Assembly (NCBI GenBank): GCA_013138805.1
Contig: WTCA01000030.1
Coordinates: 1-56,983 of the forward strand
Source of the DNA: an archaeon
GTDB taxonomy: Archaea; EX4484-52; GLR71
Length of the DNA stretch: 56,983 nucleotides
Reading direction: 5' to 3'
Shown piece by piece: positions 55,201 through 56,983 of the stretch. Position numbers and translations under genes: made by a program. The notes under the pieces are model-generated. The model made no database searches and was not told the origin of the DNA. It saw nothing but the letters and a program-made list of their open reading frames with translations. Position 1 is the stretch's first letter. The number at the start of each line of letters is the position of its first letter.

Positions 55201-56983
55201 CGGTCTCATATTCCTGCAAAGATGTAGGAGATATGTATGTTGCGTTAAGGTCGCCGATGATGTTAATAACAAGTGTGTTATAGCCGGTCGTCGTGTTGTC
55301 TGAATATGCCTGGGCACCGTTCACTGTGACATTCCAGTATGCAGGACCAACACTATAATTGCAGTTGGGATTGAAGCTTCGGATATAATCTGTGCCGTTC
55401 AATGATTCTTCCGTGACATTCTCAACATAACTGCTGCCGTTGAAGACATAGAAATGAATCTCGTCAAGTGTGATGTTTGGAGTTGATGAATCAAGAGTGT
55501 CCTGATCCAAGACAAGGTCCCAGACCTTTGATGTAAGATTGATTGTTGTCTGCGGAGCTGAGGTCCTGTTGACTGAAGAGCCGTTGTTTGTGAAAAAACG
55601 GAGATCTATATGATTTTTTGTAACATTGAACCATTGCTGGGAAAGAGTGTCATTTGAATATCCTGTTGAAGATGTTGCGTTGAACCTGAAATACCAGATG
55701 TTTCCTGCAATCGAATCGTTTGTGAAATATTTTGTTGTAGAAAATGTTGTGTTTTCACAAGTGGTGCAGGTTGTCTGGTTCTCAATCCACCAGACACCGG
55801 AACTGTTTGACATCCAAAGATAGACTGTAATGGACTCATTATCTATGCCTGTCACATTTACTGTGAAATTGTATGGGGACTGACCCCATGGCACTTCTGT
55901 AGCTGACGGAGATTTTGAAGCACTGTCTAATTGTATTGGGCTTCTCAGGAAAAAATGGCTCTCATTCAAAAGGAAACCGTCATTGTAACCGGTCTTATTG
56001 CTTGTAACAGTTACATTATACCAGCCAAGAGGAAATCCGGAATCAGTGTCAATGTTGCAGGAACCTGAGGTGGCAGTGCAGTTTCTTTCAAAAGCGTCAT
56101 GGATCATCTTTATGATTATTGTGGTATCGTCAGTTATTATCTCCTGACAGTCATCTTCTATTGCAGCAGTAAAAGATATTGCTGCATCTCGTGTAAAGTT
56201 TGATGCGCCGTCCGGGTTGACAAGAGTGTTTGAAAGGCTGCCAATCAATGTGAAGTTTATAGAGTCTGTGACATTATCTTTAACATCGCTGTCTTCATAG
56301 GTGCCGCCTTTCCAAGCATGTTTTGTCGGACCCAGATAATATTTGCCTTCATCAGCACACCAGTCACTGTTTGTCATAGTCCGGTTTATCCAGCCGTCAT
56401 CGCTTGATAAAGGTGGTGGGGACGGTTCAAAACCCTCTATATCATATATAGTTATCCATATCTTACTGTCTGAATTATTAGCATATGTGCCATTGTCCCT
56501 GTCATAAGACCTTATGGAAAATACAGTCGTATCGCTTCTGTTTATTGTGGCATCATGCAGAGGTTCCTGGATAACAGAATCAATATCATCTTTCTCAACA
56601 GTGTAACTGTATCCGGCGAGAGTGGAGGAACTGTCTGCATTTGTGGCATTGAACTTGAAGTCCCATGTTGACATATTATCTGCAACATAATCATAGGTGA
56701 AGTTTGCCTGTGTCCATGATGCGCATGATGTGCAGACCCAGCTGTCTATCAAGACATAGCTTCCTGCTGGTTTTTTGTGCCAGGCATAGACTGTGACATC
56801 TCTTCCGAACCTATCTTTTACTATTGCGGAGAAATTGAATTCCTCGCCCCAGCCGCCGATTGTCAAGGCGTCATTGCCATCTATATATAATGTGGAATTG
56901 TCCAGAAGAGGTGCGTAATCATATACTTTGACATTGAAGTAAAGATCCTGAGGTTCCTGGAAAAGTTTTCCTGTACGCCAGGT
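28208..56983 (-). CDS. Giant (at least 9591 aa, 5'-truncated by the window) repetitive surface glycoprotein fused through a TM helix to a cytoplasmic HerA/FtsK/VirB4-class (DUF87-like) ATPase
   Basis: The frame stays open to base 56983; 39 more codons upstream of the listed TTG match an internal repeat. About 20 GWG-initiated modules; TM about 29340-29420; Walker A GGTGSGKS 29135-29158; Walker B LIVYDE 28754-28771; REFRKWG and ISQ motifs. Confidence 0.9.
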   Translation of the reverse strand, partial: TWRTGKLFQEPQDLYFNVKVYDYAPLLDNSTLYIDGNDALTIGGWGEEFNFSAIVKDRFGRDVTVYAWHKKPAGSYVLIDSWVCTSCASWTQANFTYDYVADNMSTWDFKFNATNADSSSTLAGYSYTVEKDDIDSVIQEPLHDATINRSDTTVFSIRSYDRDNGTYANNSDSKIWITIYDIEGFEPSPPPLSSDDGWINRTMTNSDWCADEGKYYLGPTKHAWKGGTYEDSDVKDNVTDSINFTLIGSLSNTLVNPDGASNFTRDAAISFTAAIEDDCQEIITDDTTIIIKMIHDAFERNCTATSGSCNIDTDSGFPLGWYNVTVTSNKTGYNDGFLLNESHFFLRSPIQLDSASKSPSATEVPWGQSPYNFTVNVTGIDNESITVYLWMSNSSGVWWIENQTTCTTCENTTFSTTKYFTNDSIAGNIWYFRFNATSSTGYSNDTLSQQWFNVTKNHIDLRFFTNNGSSVNRTSAPQTTINLTSKVWDLVLDQDTLDSSTPNITLDEIHFYVFNGSSYVENVTEESLNGTDYIRSFNPNCNYSVGPAYWNVTVNGAQAYSDNTTTGYNTLVINIIGDLNATYISPTSLQEYETGTDVSFSGNVTDDCLTAVSDTNVTFNITTASTSYYCYSSSTENPYTCLWPTSGKLVGNYNVTIIASKGYYNNDTSSETDALKIKSTPKLDSAEVTPKTEGWSALRNFTVNVTDNTGDTVTVRLWQATFGTEDWVEIGSSQQCVSCSNTTLSWNTTYGCSDIETKKFKFNATDTEGNNYTTSGADYTIDEQFVLEESNIRIDYIAGNETNATLNHPSTIQLRVYDIDNSTYLSSTSASVSINITKQGLGTQYYTLGTNTTNSTGYVLYDITPDSAYSTEKQEWLGFVPDSDSCYKYNFSETFNMTTWTNVPQSENASVDLITEGWGMQRTFNISIFDTNSTAELYLWRGSSPSGPWIQMNSSNYTLIGQWQDFNFTQTFDCSLQDTWFWKFNMTNAMNNTNTTAETSENNFTLTQDTILFDYIYGIDSTANRSGTQTNQFSLRVSDLNGSVLPDLMVNFTMTLSPGVWGPVYGNTTNSTGYSQYSFEPGCLPKYEVGDRLWKAYVAESTSTCYIYNTTADLNFTIYGDIILDLQKPDGSINYTQEATIPFLGSTTDDCGDPLTTTVRFYANYSAASGYNCTDVSPVGANAYTCDLPTTLQTNMGWYNTTMYSNKTYYYDNGTLKDGSSFGRDSLFYLLEKLKLENPDGIPLSHGWGYSDWNFSIIASSGHPTDVYTVSLMLSQTPPPTTACDGATCINQTPTDCINCVDSLKYWYRNFTSSEIGTWYYRFDMNGTYSDFDASTHKVTVTKDNVSVEYASGNESDAHYLPPQSANFSVRVNDLIRQDYVNTTAATVTFEVTRDAADTIWQTIGTNNTNTTGHANFDFIPDCTFQNGTRLWRAFINTSLDSYYNYNISDNFIVDVNTESCEPVIDATSVKSPAEIFENRTFGLNATFMALQGDATDINATLTVPSGWTVWNGTAYSNVVYIASILSGNTKDAHWDITPNSSGAYNLTITVNATMDSELRNDTIDDTISIYKLIEDSNPGVSLPIILASGDSAIAYFACDSGDYRAAYLNINYTNVTAGQKDVMLRVLSYNGTVWTDILHSYTINLTSDSTDRIPVLERQLNANGTGYCTFNITNIGSNGINLTAMNLQAYYNETVHIQNLQASINSTETTGMETGDGFFNVSVRIANSQNNQFEGTLWLNITNSTGAIINSSSQSISISADSIYLANITDINTSSWLSDDYDLNAYLVNGSTSYDRTEPFIFKNVSVSSRVLDWMCNQTTEQYNVTITNPFTDTIEYNVSLETPAGWSYSPAYQLVNTTSPGNYTVSFNLTSSSSAAEIVYINATVAYTYPVSEKTRNSTSMINESNSIAILEITRETPSNIGTDTVFDSQLTIYNKGCTASSGSTIIKETISTGWTPANPGIMTNEYGSDIELISATTDLINNIVTWELGTIPVNKYAVLTYQAKSPVSTSQAGTLYHNTTWENKNFVEYDTHPVRTFNYTEESHLEFNIETLQQPAYPWVEPRSSQLNVSYNYSLKVTNIGDNSTSSDWNVTLDIPGECNITQVYDSGTWNDTSRKITWQLSDISPYASSYVNFTANCTAEGSYIFVAEGIRNTTAYTTISNDTAIGCESSSSCSATENYGFTKPADARYEMLTGIDFYIRYNWTGYNLTIGQASVNISDDSGMIHTVWQNYTFADTYNLLWSNYSIDTSDRASFVDSARDISISSYADATSDPYVNASVDKLSYTWVTGKLFRESQNLYFNVKVYDYTPLLDNSTLYIDGNDALTIGGWGEEFNFSAMVRDRFGRDVTVYAWHKVSAGSYVLIDSWVCPSCVSWTQANFTYDYNYTNISTWDFKFNATNADGSTELSGHSYTVEKDNVAVYNETPQWNATVMRSSALNFTTRFNDTDNGTAPEILEFGKGYFRISMFGSNTTFNTYYPQSPVVNSTGYMLYEMTTAEWCDDAKSYSLGQNYYITGLSGSSYYKDNSTIPSPYGSIPFILLGNLSASSMSSPDGSVNYTRGSAVPLDGTIKDDCNAVKSDSAKYGTEYVLSNGATNYSVIASLATDSWNSPGNAPLGWYNVTMISYSEGTEFGVYVNSTDILVNAFYLSTVPQSDYVDVSPLSDGWSASPVNFTINVTDEDNNTVIVYLYLKKGAGSWNLYENWTCYDCKDNQTVFNRTFTQDEVDDWYYLFNASDISGNINTSLQTGSFTIEKDDISFSDVVPVAVDINRTAGSANLSLRIYDDDNNTYTTNLSSSSPDEVQFWITNDTAASFWREETTDTKNTTHYYLDFNPGCDYVAGQQDWKVNTSSDYFKTNDTEGFFTLNVNIYGTLAATQTFPDTSTNYTQDDIIPVNGTLSDDCGTDVTGASVYFNLTRNANTFRCPGAGYATDEGGGVYSCNFDTVGISGGYYNVTMYAEKPYNHPDNDSRVDAFFLTAPIYLSDETVNSADSGWGSERNFSIIVSHYNGVNLTLWHSKGASGGPYSVVNNTFLSGPVDTQVNIFKNYTCSDISTWFYKFNATDSYYEGNATTTFHDYTLTTDDILLGQSYIGNASYVNRSDTLGQVSVLLAHTVNDTVRNLLAGNPQATVYLNVTNDNADNFTTFNSNTTNSSGYANFNFLPDCSYSVGEQKWQTYTDGDTCYSDQVSSNYTIYIQGDLRPNVTFPKDLEQYQNSIENVTINITVLDECNQSIAGASLNLTLNNTDTGFASYCTAVIDLGSGNYSCEWNTTDTGVGRYDVIAKAYNVSYYNNGTITEADSFRVIPPINNVPNLTNQTMLQEADGWGAIFDFSVEVYDKDYDTVNVSFWISSDNSTWVFEDSKNCTSCNGWNQLNFSYEGFSCSDQQVWYYKFNATDYENDTELSSSNFTVEKDNVTVSYFAGGGNATSVNRTGSGTTHFILQVFDSDNVSTPTLPQGRNGTFWVSYNDTTYDGGYFNQTNSTGHMNYIFKPSCSPKYSIGPQNWTGGIKDDSCYFDTNITQPLIVYVIGEMNDTLVSPSGEDFFDDDNVTVRINLTQECDVTDLVDDATVSFNLSHDTYYTACSVVNEGSGYYNCTWNVTGAPGGWYNITLNSTRQYLNPLFKTYLNSFFHQINPVLSGASADKSSVVWGNNPAKSQVTFTVNVTDDDDTVDIYLWESMGSATGPWTLADQTSCSDCINTTKTLTRLYSAAGDIDTWYWKINASDTDSLSDEQPVYDFNVTKRSIYINYVLGNSTDINRVGTNSTVLTVQAFDNYTDSALGAGMQGYFWVTTNGTTTGIWGTSLADTTDPSGNLNITFNPGCSAPLYLTGKQDWKAGIIGGTNYFDENSTLYELDINGTLSNNLEVPVPTALYQKGTYITMYGTVSDDCTATTGTYVNESDTIKFDITSGANSYVCSSFTDLGNGTYNCTWDSSVAFLGIHNITMNSTKPYYDMSSIFVEDALRLGESPELGETFVDVELEGWGYNYTFKVEFRDIEPDDTDNISFWKAYNAAGPWYFVDSEEKFNAVAWINITFNKIFDCSDLTQGPYLYYKFNVTDSFGFTNESVIKNITLEKDDIEVIYVSGAGVSIDREDADSEYFKVRINDTDLGSIVGASINATVWKTYNEISYDSGNTTVTDADGYVNYSFNPDCGYSASTDQYWLIGTTDNICYKDKNLTVIRQFAIVGQLKNSLYLPVQDSVFNVTDSIFVNISTGTDCPAEGNQAGASIALNLTHSGSSTYQCSPVNDESTGIYNCTWDSTGKLEGNYTVNMTSTLSDYYPNTTWWTDRFWLENLNTTYDNESVTPSSGGWSRNFTFNISVDDPESDNVTCTLFTNTTGVWVDKGQSIVMGGTGNCSILVWDFTPQDMGTASYKFQIEDAESSNTFNTTVFSGPTVTKPSVNVTFYSANDTSVNRSAGSETLIVRAYDLENKSYINSSNVTFWITTDGTTYDSGSLLQTNSTGHASYIFSPTCTPYYETENQLWLAGITDDNYLYSNTTENYTITIYGQMTNLVTSPSGEKYLRGEENVTIRANITSDCSSQETMNTTYVNFTMTSQYTETQYACTTEIYNESTGYYNCTFDTAGKEPRGYNITMNSTQPFYITEITTDVYSEGTESFWIETRPTLAASDVTPSSGGWGEKHYFTVNATDYDLDTLIVKAWFRNESDGYVPANSLTNNTISGVNQYVTFSPKTFTNVYADTTWYYKFNVTASDGDGYTNETIEKTFYIEKDTVSIEYISGNNSIVNRSAQAYDPDYNITLITRVWDVDKDPDAIIPFKRSKFYLTNDTFSNYIPYPFLPTSYINSNITGYQTYTFKPDCTYAVGPQKWKSGLLDNFEYNSTNSTEFYFNITTTPLVAMFDYPTGGLTFEKGVDNILLRGNVTDDCGPVSDANVNISVVQGGTTYALCYPAGDETDGWYNCTIANTTHNTWPVGLYNITIKADKTYYNDSNVFVVENAFRLVTRPVLSNPTSTSTQGGSIGGWGEFWTFTVDIMDNDGDSSNVSLWINRTGSWELLDSVIWSQGDPTITFAGKTFSCAGAADLGVKQYKFNVSDDYNYTDNITSTMTIEKDDVDAIPVSTGGQNVDRNGTATILLKTQILDTDRGYTSVESGVNGKIWVTVNWSNLSSFDDGYALQTDALGYLSYDFDINCSYTTGEHAWEGGTSGSVCYKDSLYPTEYFDSYGKLYTSVESPVNGSSYGTGTPVFMRFNVTTDCSVEGRIEAESKGIELQSPSASWYSCSPINDETGSDAGWYNCTWDSTLKEPGNWTIKTNASNSTYYTAIDTLTEYFELLNNPPAYSNLNVTPNSSAWGATYTFSLNFTDPDADTVNCSLYTTTNGGASWIFRNMTTLASPAVCNLTVSDFNCGDIGTDNYFKFELDDSYNTINTTNMSGPNMTIDDIKIIYMDGNNKDVNRSYGMQQLKVYINDTVRGMPVSPDIDVYFNITTDGTTYILEGFNTTSGGNATYDFTPSCSYDVGDQKWYAEVNDSCYTPKNTTEYNLTVYGTLYNSLASPLGVEYFLDDNVTLRANVTSDCVAEVMNESNVSFRYFRTGYSDTCIINNESTGYYNCTFNNTGMPPGYYDFEVNSSQSFYNNDSEVFQYAYGISSFWIETLPYLSLPSPNPSTGGWGETFYFTTNATDRDNDLMTVRLWIKKTSSGTWIFKNSTTAQGINVTVNLSAKFISGNDMDDWEFKFNVTADDAWDEYETSNVSFTVEADDVRIEILSGNNSIVNRSDLPGNSNPNVTFSVSVYDDDKDLLITSPINTRFYVTKDGSSFETLDTISNNTGYFFVTLDPDCTYSLGPQMWKASSVIGGSWYKLQNSSDIEFNITAIPLLTTLTEPDGITRVRGVDDILIRGNVTDDCGLVPGASSEFVVEQSAIPYFTCPPDNTLYDEADGYYNCTIPAASTTGWFTGDYDINFTASKLYYNSSDIYRKDSAFRLVTVPEISNPSITTITSVGLSDYGWGESWTFEVNLLDEDQDNVNVYLWVNLTGDWELLNSTVCTNCGSIQTISFSGHGFSCSDIGTRGFKFNASDNYNYTNETSGTFNIIRDDTITYYGGMGDLSQIGREGDDIEVFSVRIFDADHNVYVGSSIPNATGKIFVTTDGSSYDLGTQNQTDSSGYLYYSFNPDCNYSVGGHKWKGGSNGDACYKDSNSSDRDTDIIGQLKSSIADPAEGSNILVGAIVNLNVSIYDDCTVQMSEASITHEAVYQDIVFEDITPVTNNSIGYYNSSWDTLFHQGGNWSFRINASKTDYYSNSTIFSNWTYLNNTPPIVENFTVSPDVEGWGRVYTYEAQISDTQQDNITCDLFVSTDNGALWILKNSTFIETAPAGDANCTLSVMDFDCAEIGTDNLYKFQIYDGTNKFNTSQMSGPNLTADTVSIEYIFGNDSVVNRSGAQTALFTARVLDLDNASMPVMTDSSVTFWTTYDNPTYDTGTVILTNSTGYANYNFNPGCSSPTYKIGPQKWKAGVTDSCYAAINLSLEYNTTIMGDLINTIENPPFSSEYLRGENVTLSSTITPTITDDCNLGLENINNSFTFYNEDNVSNYSCISEEIVGGYYECTRNTTDMAARWYDTEIISWEQYYNNGTLLKANHIFVTTLPDLTDETAITDVGGWGETFYFSVNVTDEDWDNVTLNLYTKKYTDGAWGAPKNTTTLYNPQNEYAIISWNNPDCANIDTWEYYFEASDTHAEVNTTTPHNFTIDKNDVTIQYATGDNSYVWRNGTHNTTLMLDILDYDRGNISVGTGTSARFWVTTDANDTSSWDIGKDTVTLDSSIAYYFMQQFPDGGQKCNYTVGIQKWKGGIVNDVCYKDKNSTEYDLSVNSTLLLNITNVYEQGYLRGDLIPLISTVSDDCGPVENVTISYALLNFPNEYFCNKQSNAGWNESGGDYNCTWDSSSKPYKWYNVTADVSKEFFADNESSGDERFFLGTTPILELVSVSPKFGGWGENHQFSVRLTSLDLATNNVSLWKSFDNSSWDLVNWQLVGTPINQWVYFNERFTSNDYLTPPSGLNYYKIISESVFGFSSETEVYNFTLDYDNITISIDPASNSTVRRLGVTTAFLNVRIYDTDYEVYQNDTNATIWVTKDGNIFTYNESCSSSDGYCGIDYDPQCDSDVGAQKWKIAVDDPSYQIINSSNVSLSVIGQLYTNPIDPQENVIFNRNTTVSLNTTVTDDCSNPVLDAVVSWYNSTPIQIGSGYDTSWNIPIYYTKGPDTITVNATRADYDIGTNTTGIYVYGWSMISSILPLNLSSYLAGYNIYVQCNVIDANTTENITGYNVSFYKNDVFQDSNLTDSNGTAVWIWSTASENYGWYNISCSISSDDSLYYTPSTYYENTTVRINRSPVITEIVLSNPDIYRNNTFSPYDTNITVTIYDALIGPAENADVWFYNSTGFMDNCTTDVNGNCYITYDAPENITPQGYVVYINSTKAGLEDSITNQTTIGIYGFLYINITGPANGSSWSKAEILNLTSYIENENSYVDTATVDWYIDSGFVATGQNTTYPLVSQIPGPKTLVSNATRPYYITGTDNISININGLVDVIWWEPLNGSQQAYPGSFDVKCLVKDNNSGASVEGYSVDFWYLNGSDYVYNGTYVTNSSGLAGYVWYPDSKGTIDFMCNITDNATVFYSPNIGNATATIIVEDINAPSIANMTIIPNSTLEANLNTTNITAIITDDIGVYSAFAMITLPNGSIVNVTMANTVNDTYSTLYMPPIGGNYSVDIVASDSPPENNTNVTYAGSFSVWGKIDMTGAQTDSFTAFSITQISGESFVLTVNATNNGPATAYNVSISVDEIPIGTLTYNTTNYDCGNLSIGEMCTRAFLVTVPAKTGPQLITVYNTIWWDNPDRTMNSTVGSTIVVVASNPVLEVIPDYIQNQTPHGETTLIDTVTVSASGNDAITNILLDKVGNTLAIDCPLCNLTISQPSWGYLPAGSNFTSDISIDIPYGQDAGYYWTWVSAESDNAPDDSVFVNATVPLDLSWERVPSTFGTILALVNTSTTQIGTITASNNGNSERNIQVLLSGNGTSFVTREPLAFSLGIGASSNVTVNYSIPSSSAQDMYYVMVYLSDATGNPPFSVTDFWLNVTDLPPVISNVSIDPMGYESGTGYTNISAEVTDNVAVSQVWLNSTKPNGTVFIDYFAMNGTSVYLNYSENETGIHKIRICANDTASLVICTPEYNVTVAVNTTIITETNITNATIYGVTLYSGLNITINFTTLNAGYSRALDVNTTITYPALWNVSPSQFAMGNIFKTPYNGNTQLSIPKDIIGDYYINFTSNWTNYDNSTDNLTTAIKVTIGSNPVLNVTEDPVMFIIENGNNDSKNLTLESLGNDIAEDIEFNCTSGIGCADFNISFNPSSIVNLTKGNSTNFTITAYVPEIYSSGIYYMTYTISTSKTNTSANITVIIPENMTWMHNPVQISKVVIANTTGEFGSVRVSNIGNMYLTVSAQSTNTTLFGVNASMLDLPIGNYSDVMINYTAPELTSLQTYTAYFRTTNLTAFPQTHDTLLNITIHPLYLDVISPTSSSPVLNVSKNDNMTVIFNLTYAFVPLDDNVTWQINLTNAGTSVSVNITSVNYSVASGLWTVNFTAPDVISGVAYDLVADAFYATDNLLITATEQDAIVYTDATPPQLSVSLPASIVNGMPVTIFINTTDLGGMRNVLVDITFPNGTIFADNATLISFSGDDYFYELEFTDTSGLGPYQVVISAYDLSDNVNVTTAAFDSYLLSYFAGYSYDLESVGNATTIANFSMYKHDTPTLMHSFESDNMTGYYNESVYVRLYDVSVDVLNVTFDFNDFSMPPGNIFNPAVFGDIPVSLIGSGPKKAIYYDTLMGVNPKITFDYSPYDDVVVSNLAIYHCDNWAIKTGCVSLWLRRNGSIDTNLRTISVDTTVVTGAYAVAQYICGNAICESAYGESNSICPADCVIDIPTFPPMPSAITGGSGGGTGDTGDDGGDDDDTSILIPPELDENIVPIEIKSTLIYITLAPGERSIHSIEIKNNQDMISTSKLSVDGLVWDLIQLEKTEVTVNANSAENVKISVYALPSTMPGTYTGDIVITTGNSIYKTPITVKVEIKKEALLDVIINVLSNVVKPGDDLKMLVTIKNMGETKTVEDITMEYVIKNLETEEVLTTYSETLAVNQTLSFVKSINIPNSTEETRYVIDANAKYSNAEKTASSADVFDVSTQPWPLILLRKLFMSWVTYIVLLILIPGIYFGRKAYLSYLEKKRKAARYIFPTDYSKLPQKGEESVKVGKIAETDINAFINIKNLTMHSIAAGGTGSGKSVTAMSTAEELLDLGIPVVVFDPTAQWSGFIHPCKDPHMLELYSKYGLKPENAKSYKTNIIVVESADSLTDAEIDIRQYMKPGEITVFVMSKLSSAELDKFVRRTIKSIFSIQWPEAKTLRVLIVYDEMHRLLPKYGGKGGYLELERGCREFRKWGLGLFMISQVLADFKGAIKANVANEIQLRTKYNGDIQRIKQRYGPDYAMRVAKLTVGAGLIQNPEYNDGKPWFIQFRPLLHDTGRLSNEELDTYMGLKRSIDTLAKKVEVLKVKGVNTYDIEIELNMARTKLQQGVFKMSETYIQSLKARLENM
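49725..50119. repeat. Direct repeat copy, highly similar to 56589-56983
   Basis: Both copies encode LYFNVKVYDY.PLLDNSTLYIDGNDALTIGGWGEEFNFSA.V.DRFGRDVTVYAWHK..AGSYVLIDSWVC.SC.SWTQANFTYDY; offset 6864 bp. Confidence 0.9.
56589..56983. repeat. Direct repeat copy, highly similar to 49725-50119, continuing past the window edge
   Basis: Same gap-free nucleotide alignment, offset 6864 bp (2288 codons). Confidence 0.9.

Noticed and set aside
28430..55839. Many short plus-strand and alternate-frame ORFs within the giant gene, and similar ones elsewhere
   Set aside because: They are shadow ORFs of long genes with biased codon usage, with no motifs or RBS support.
56864..56866. TTG as the start codon of the giant ORF
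   Set aside because: It is an internal Leu: the frame stays open to the window edge, the upstream peptide matches the internal repeat, and there is no signal peptide.

Overview
Archaeal genomic window. Evidence: GGTGA-type ribosome-binding sites, BRE/TATA promoters, BHB-type tRNA introns and a PINA ATPase; a DPANN-like lineage is inferred, not proven. The first ~9 kb holds housekeeping and accessory genes: a bacterial-type citramalate synthase cimA, tRNA-Gly(CCC) and tRNA-Arg(CCT) that both carry non-canonical T-loop (59/60) introns, a DUF4258/DUF2283-like toxin-antitoxin pair, tsaC/sua5, pyrB-pyrI, two tandem small paralogues, a J-domain protein, PINA and a PD-(D/E)XK-like ORF. The remaining ~48 kb (9234-56983) is an almost entirely minus-strand cell-surface gene cluster. 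It is headed by a giant ORF of at least 9591 aa that runs off the window edge. This ORF has about 20 Cys- and sequon-rich ~320-aa beta-sandwich modules, one transmembrane segment and a cytoplasmic HerA/FtsK/VirB4-class ATPase. Downstream lie a coiled-coil scaffold, a 1964-aa and an 813-aa membrane-anchored Ig-like protein, a DUF916/DUF3324 (WxLIP)-like chaperone candidate, several small Ig-like membrane proteins, an 831-aa adhesin ending in a WxL/fimbrial-like domain, and a separately promoted 294-aa candidate major fimbrial subunit. This looks like an ATPase-coupled giant-adhesin plus fimbrial assembly system and is the best candidate for an undescribed system in the window. Domain names were assigned by motif recognition only; no searches were run.
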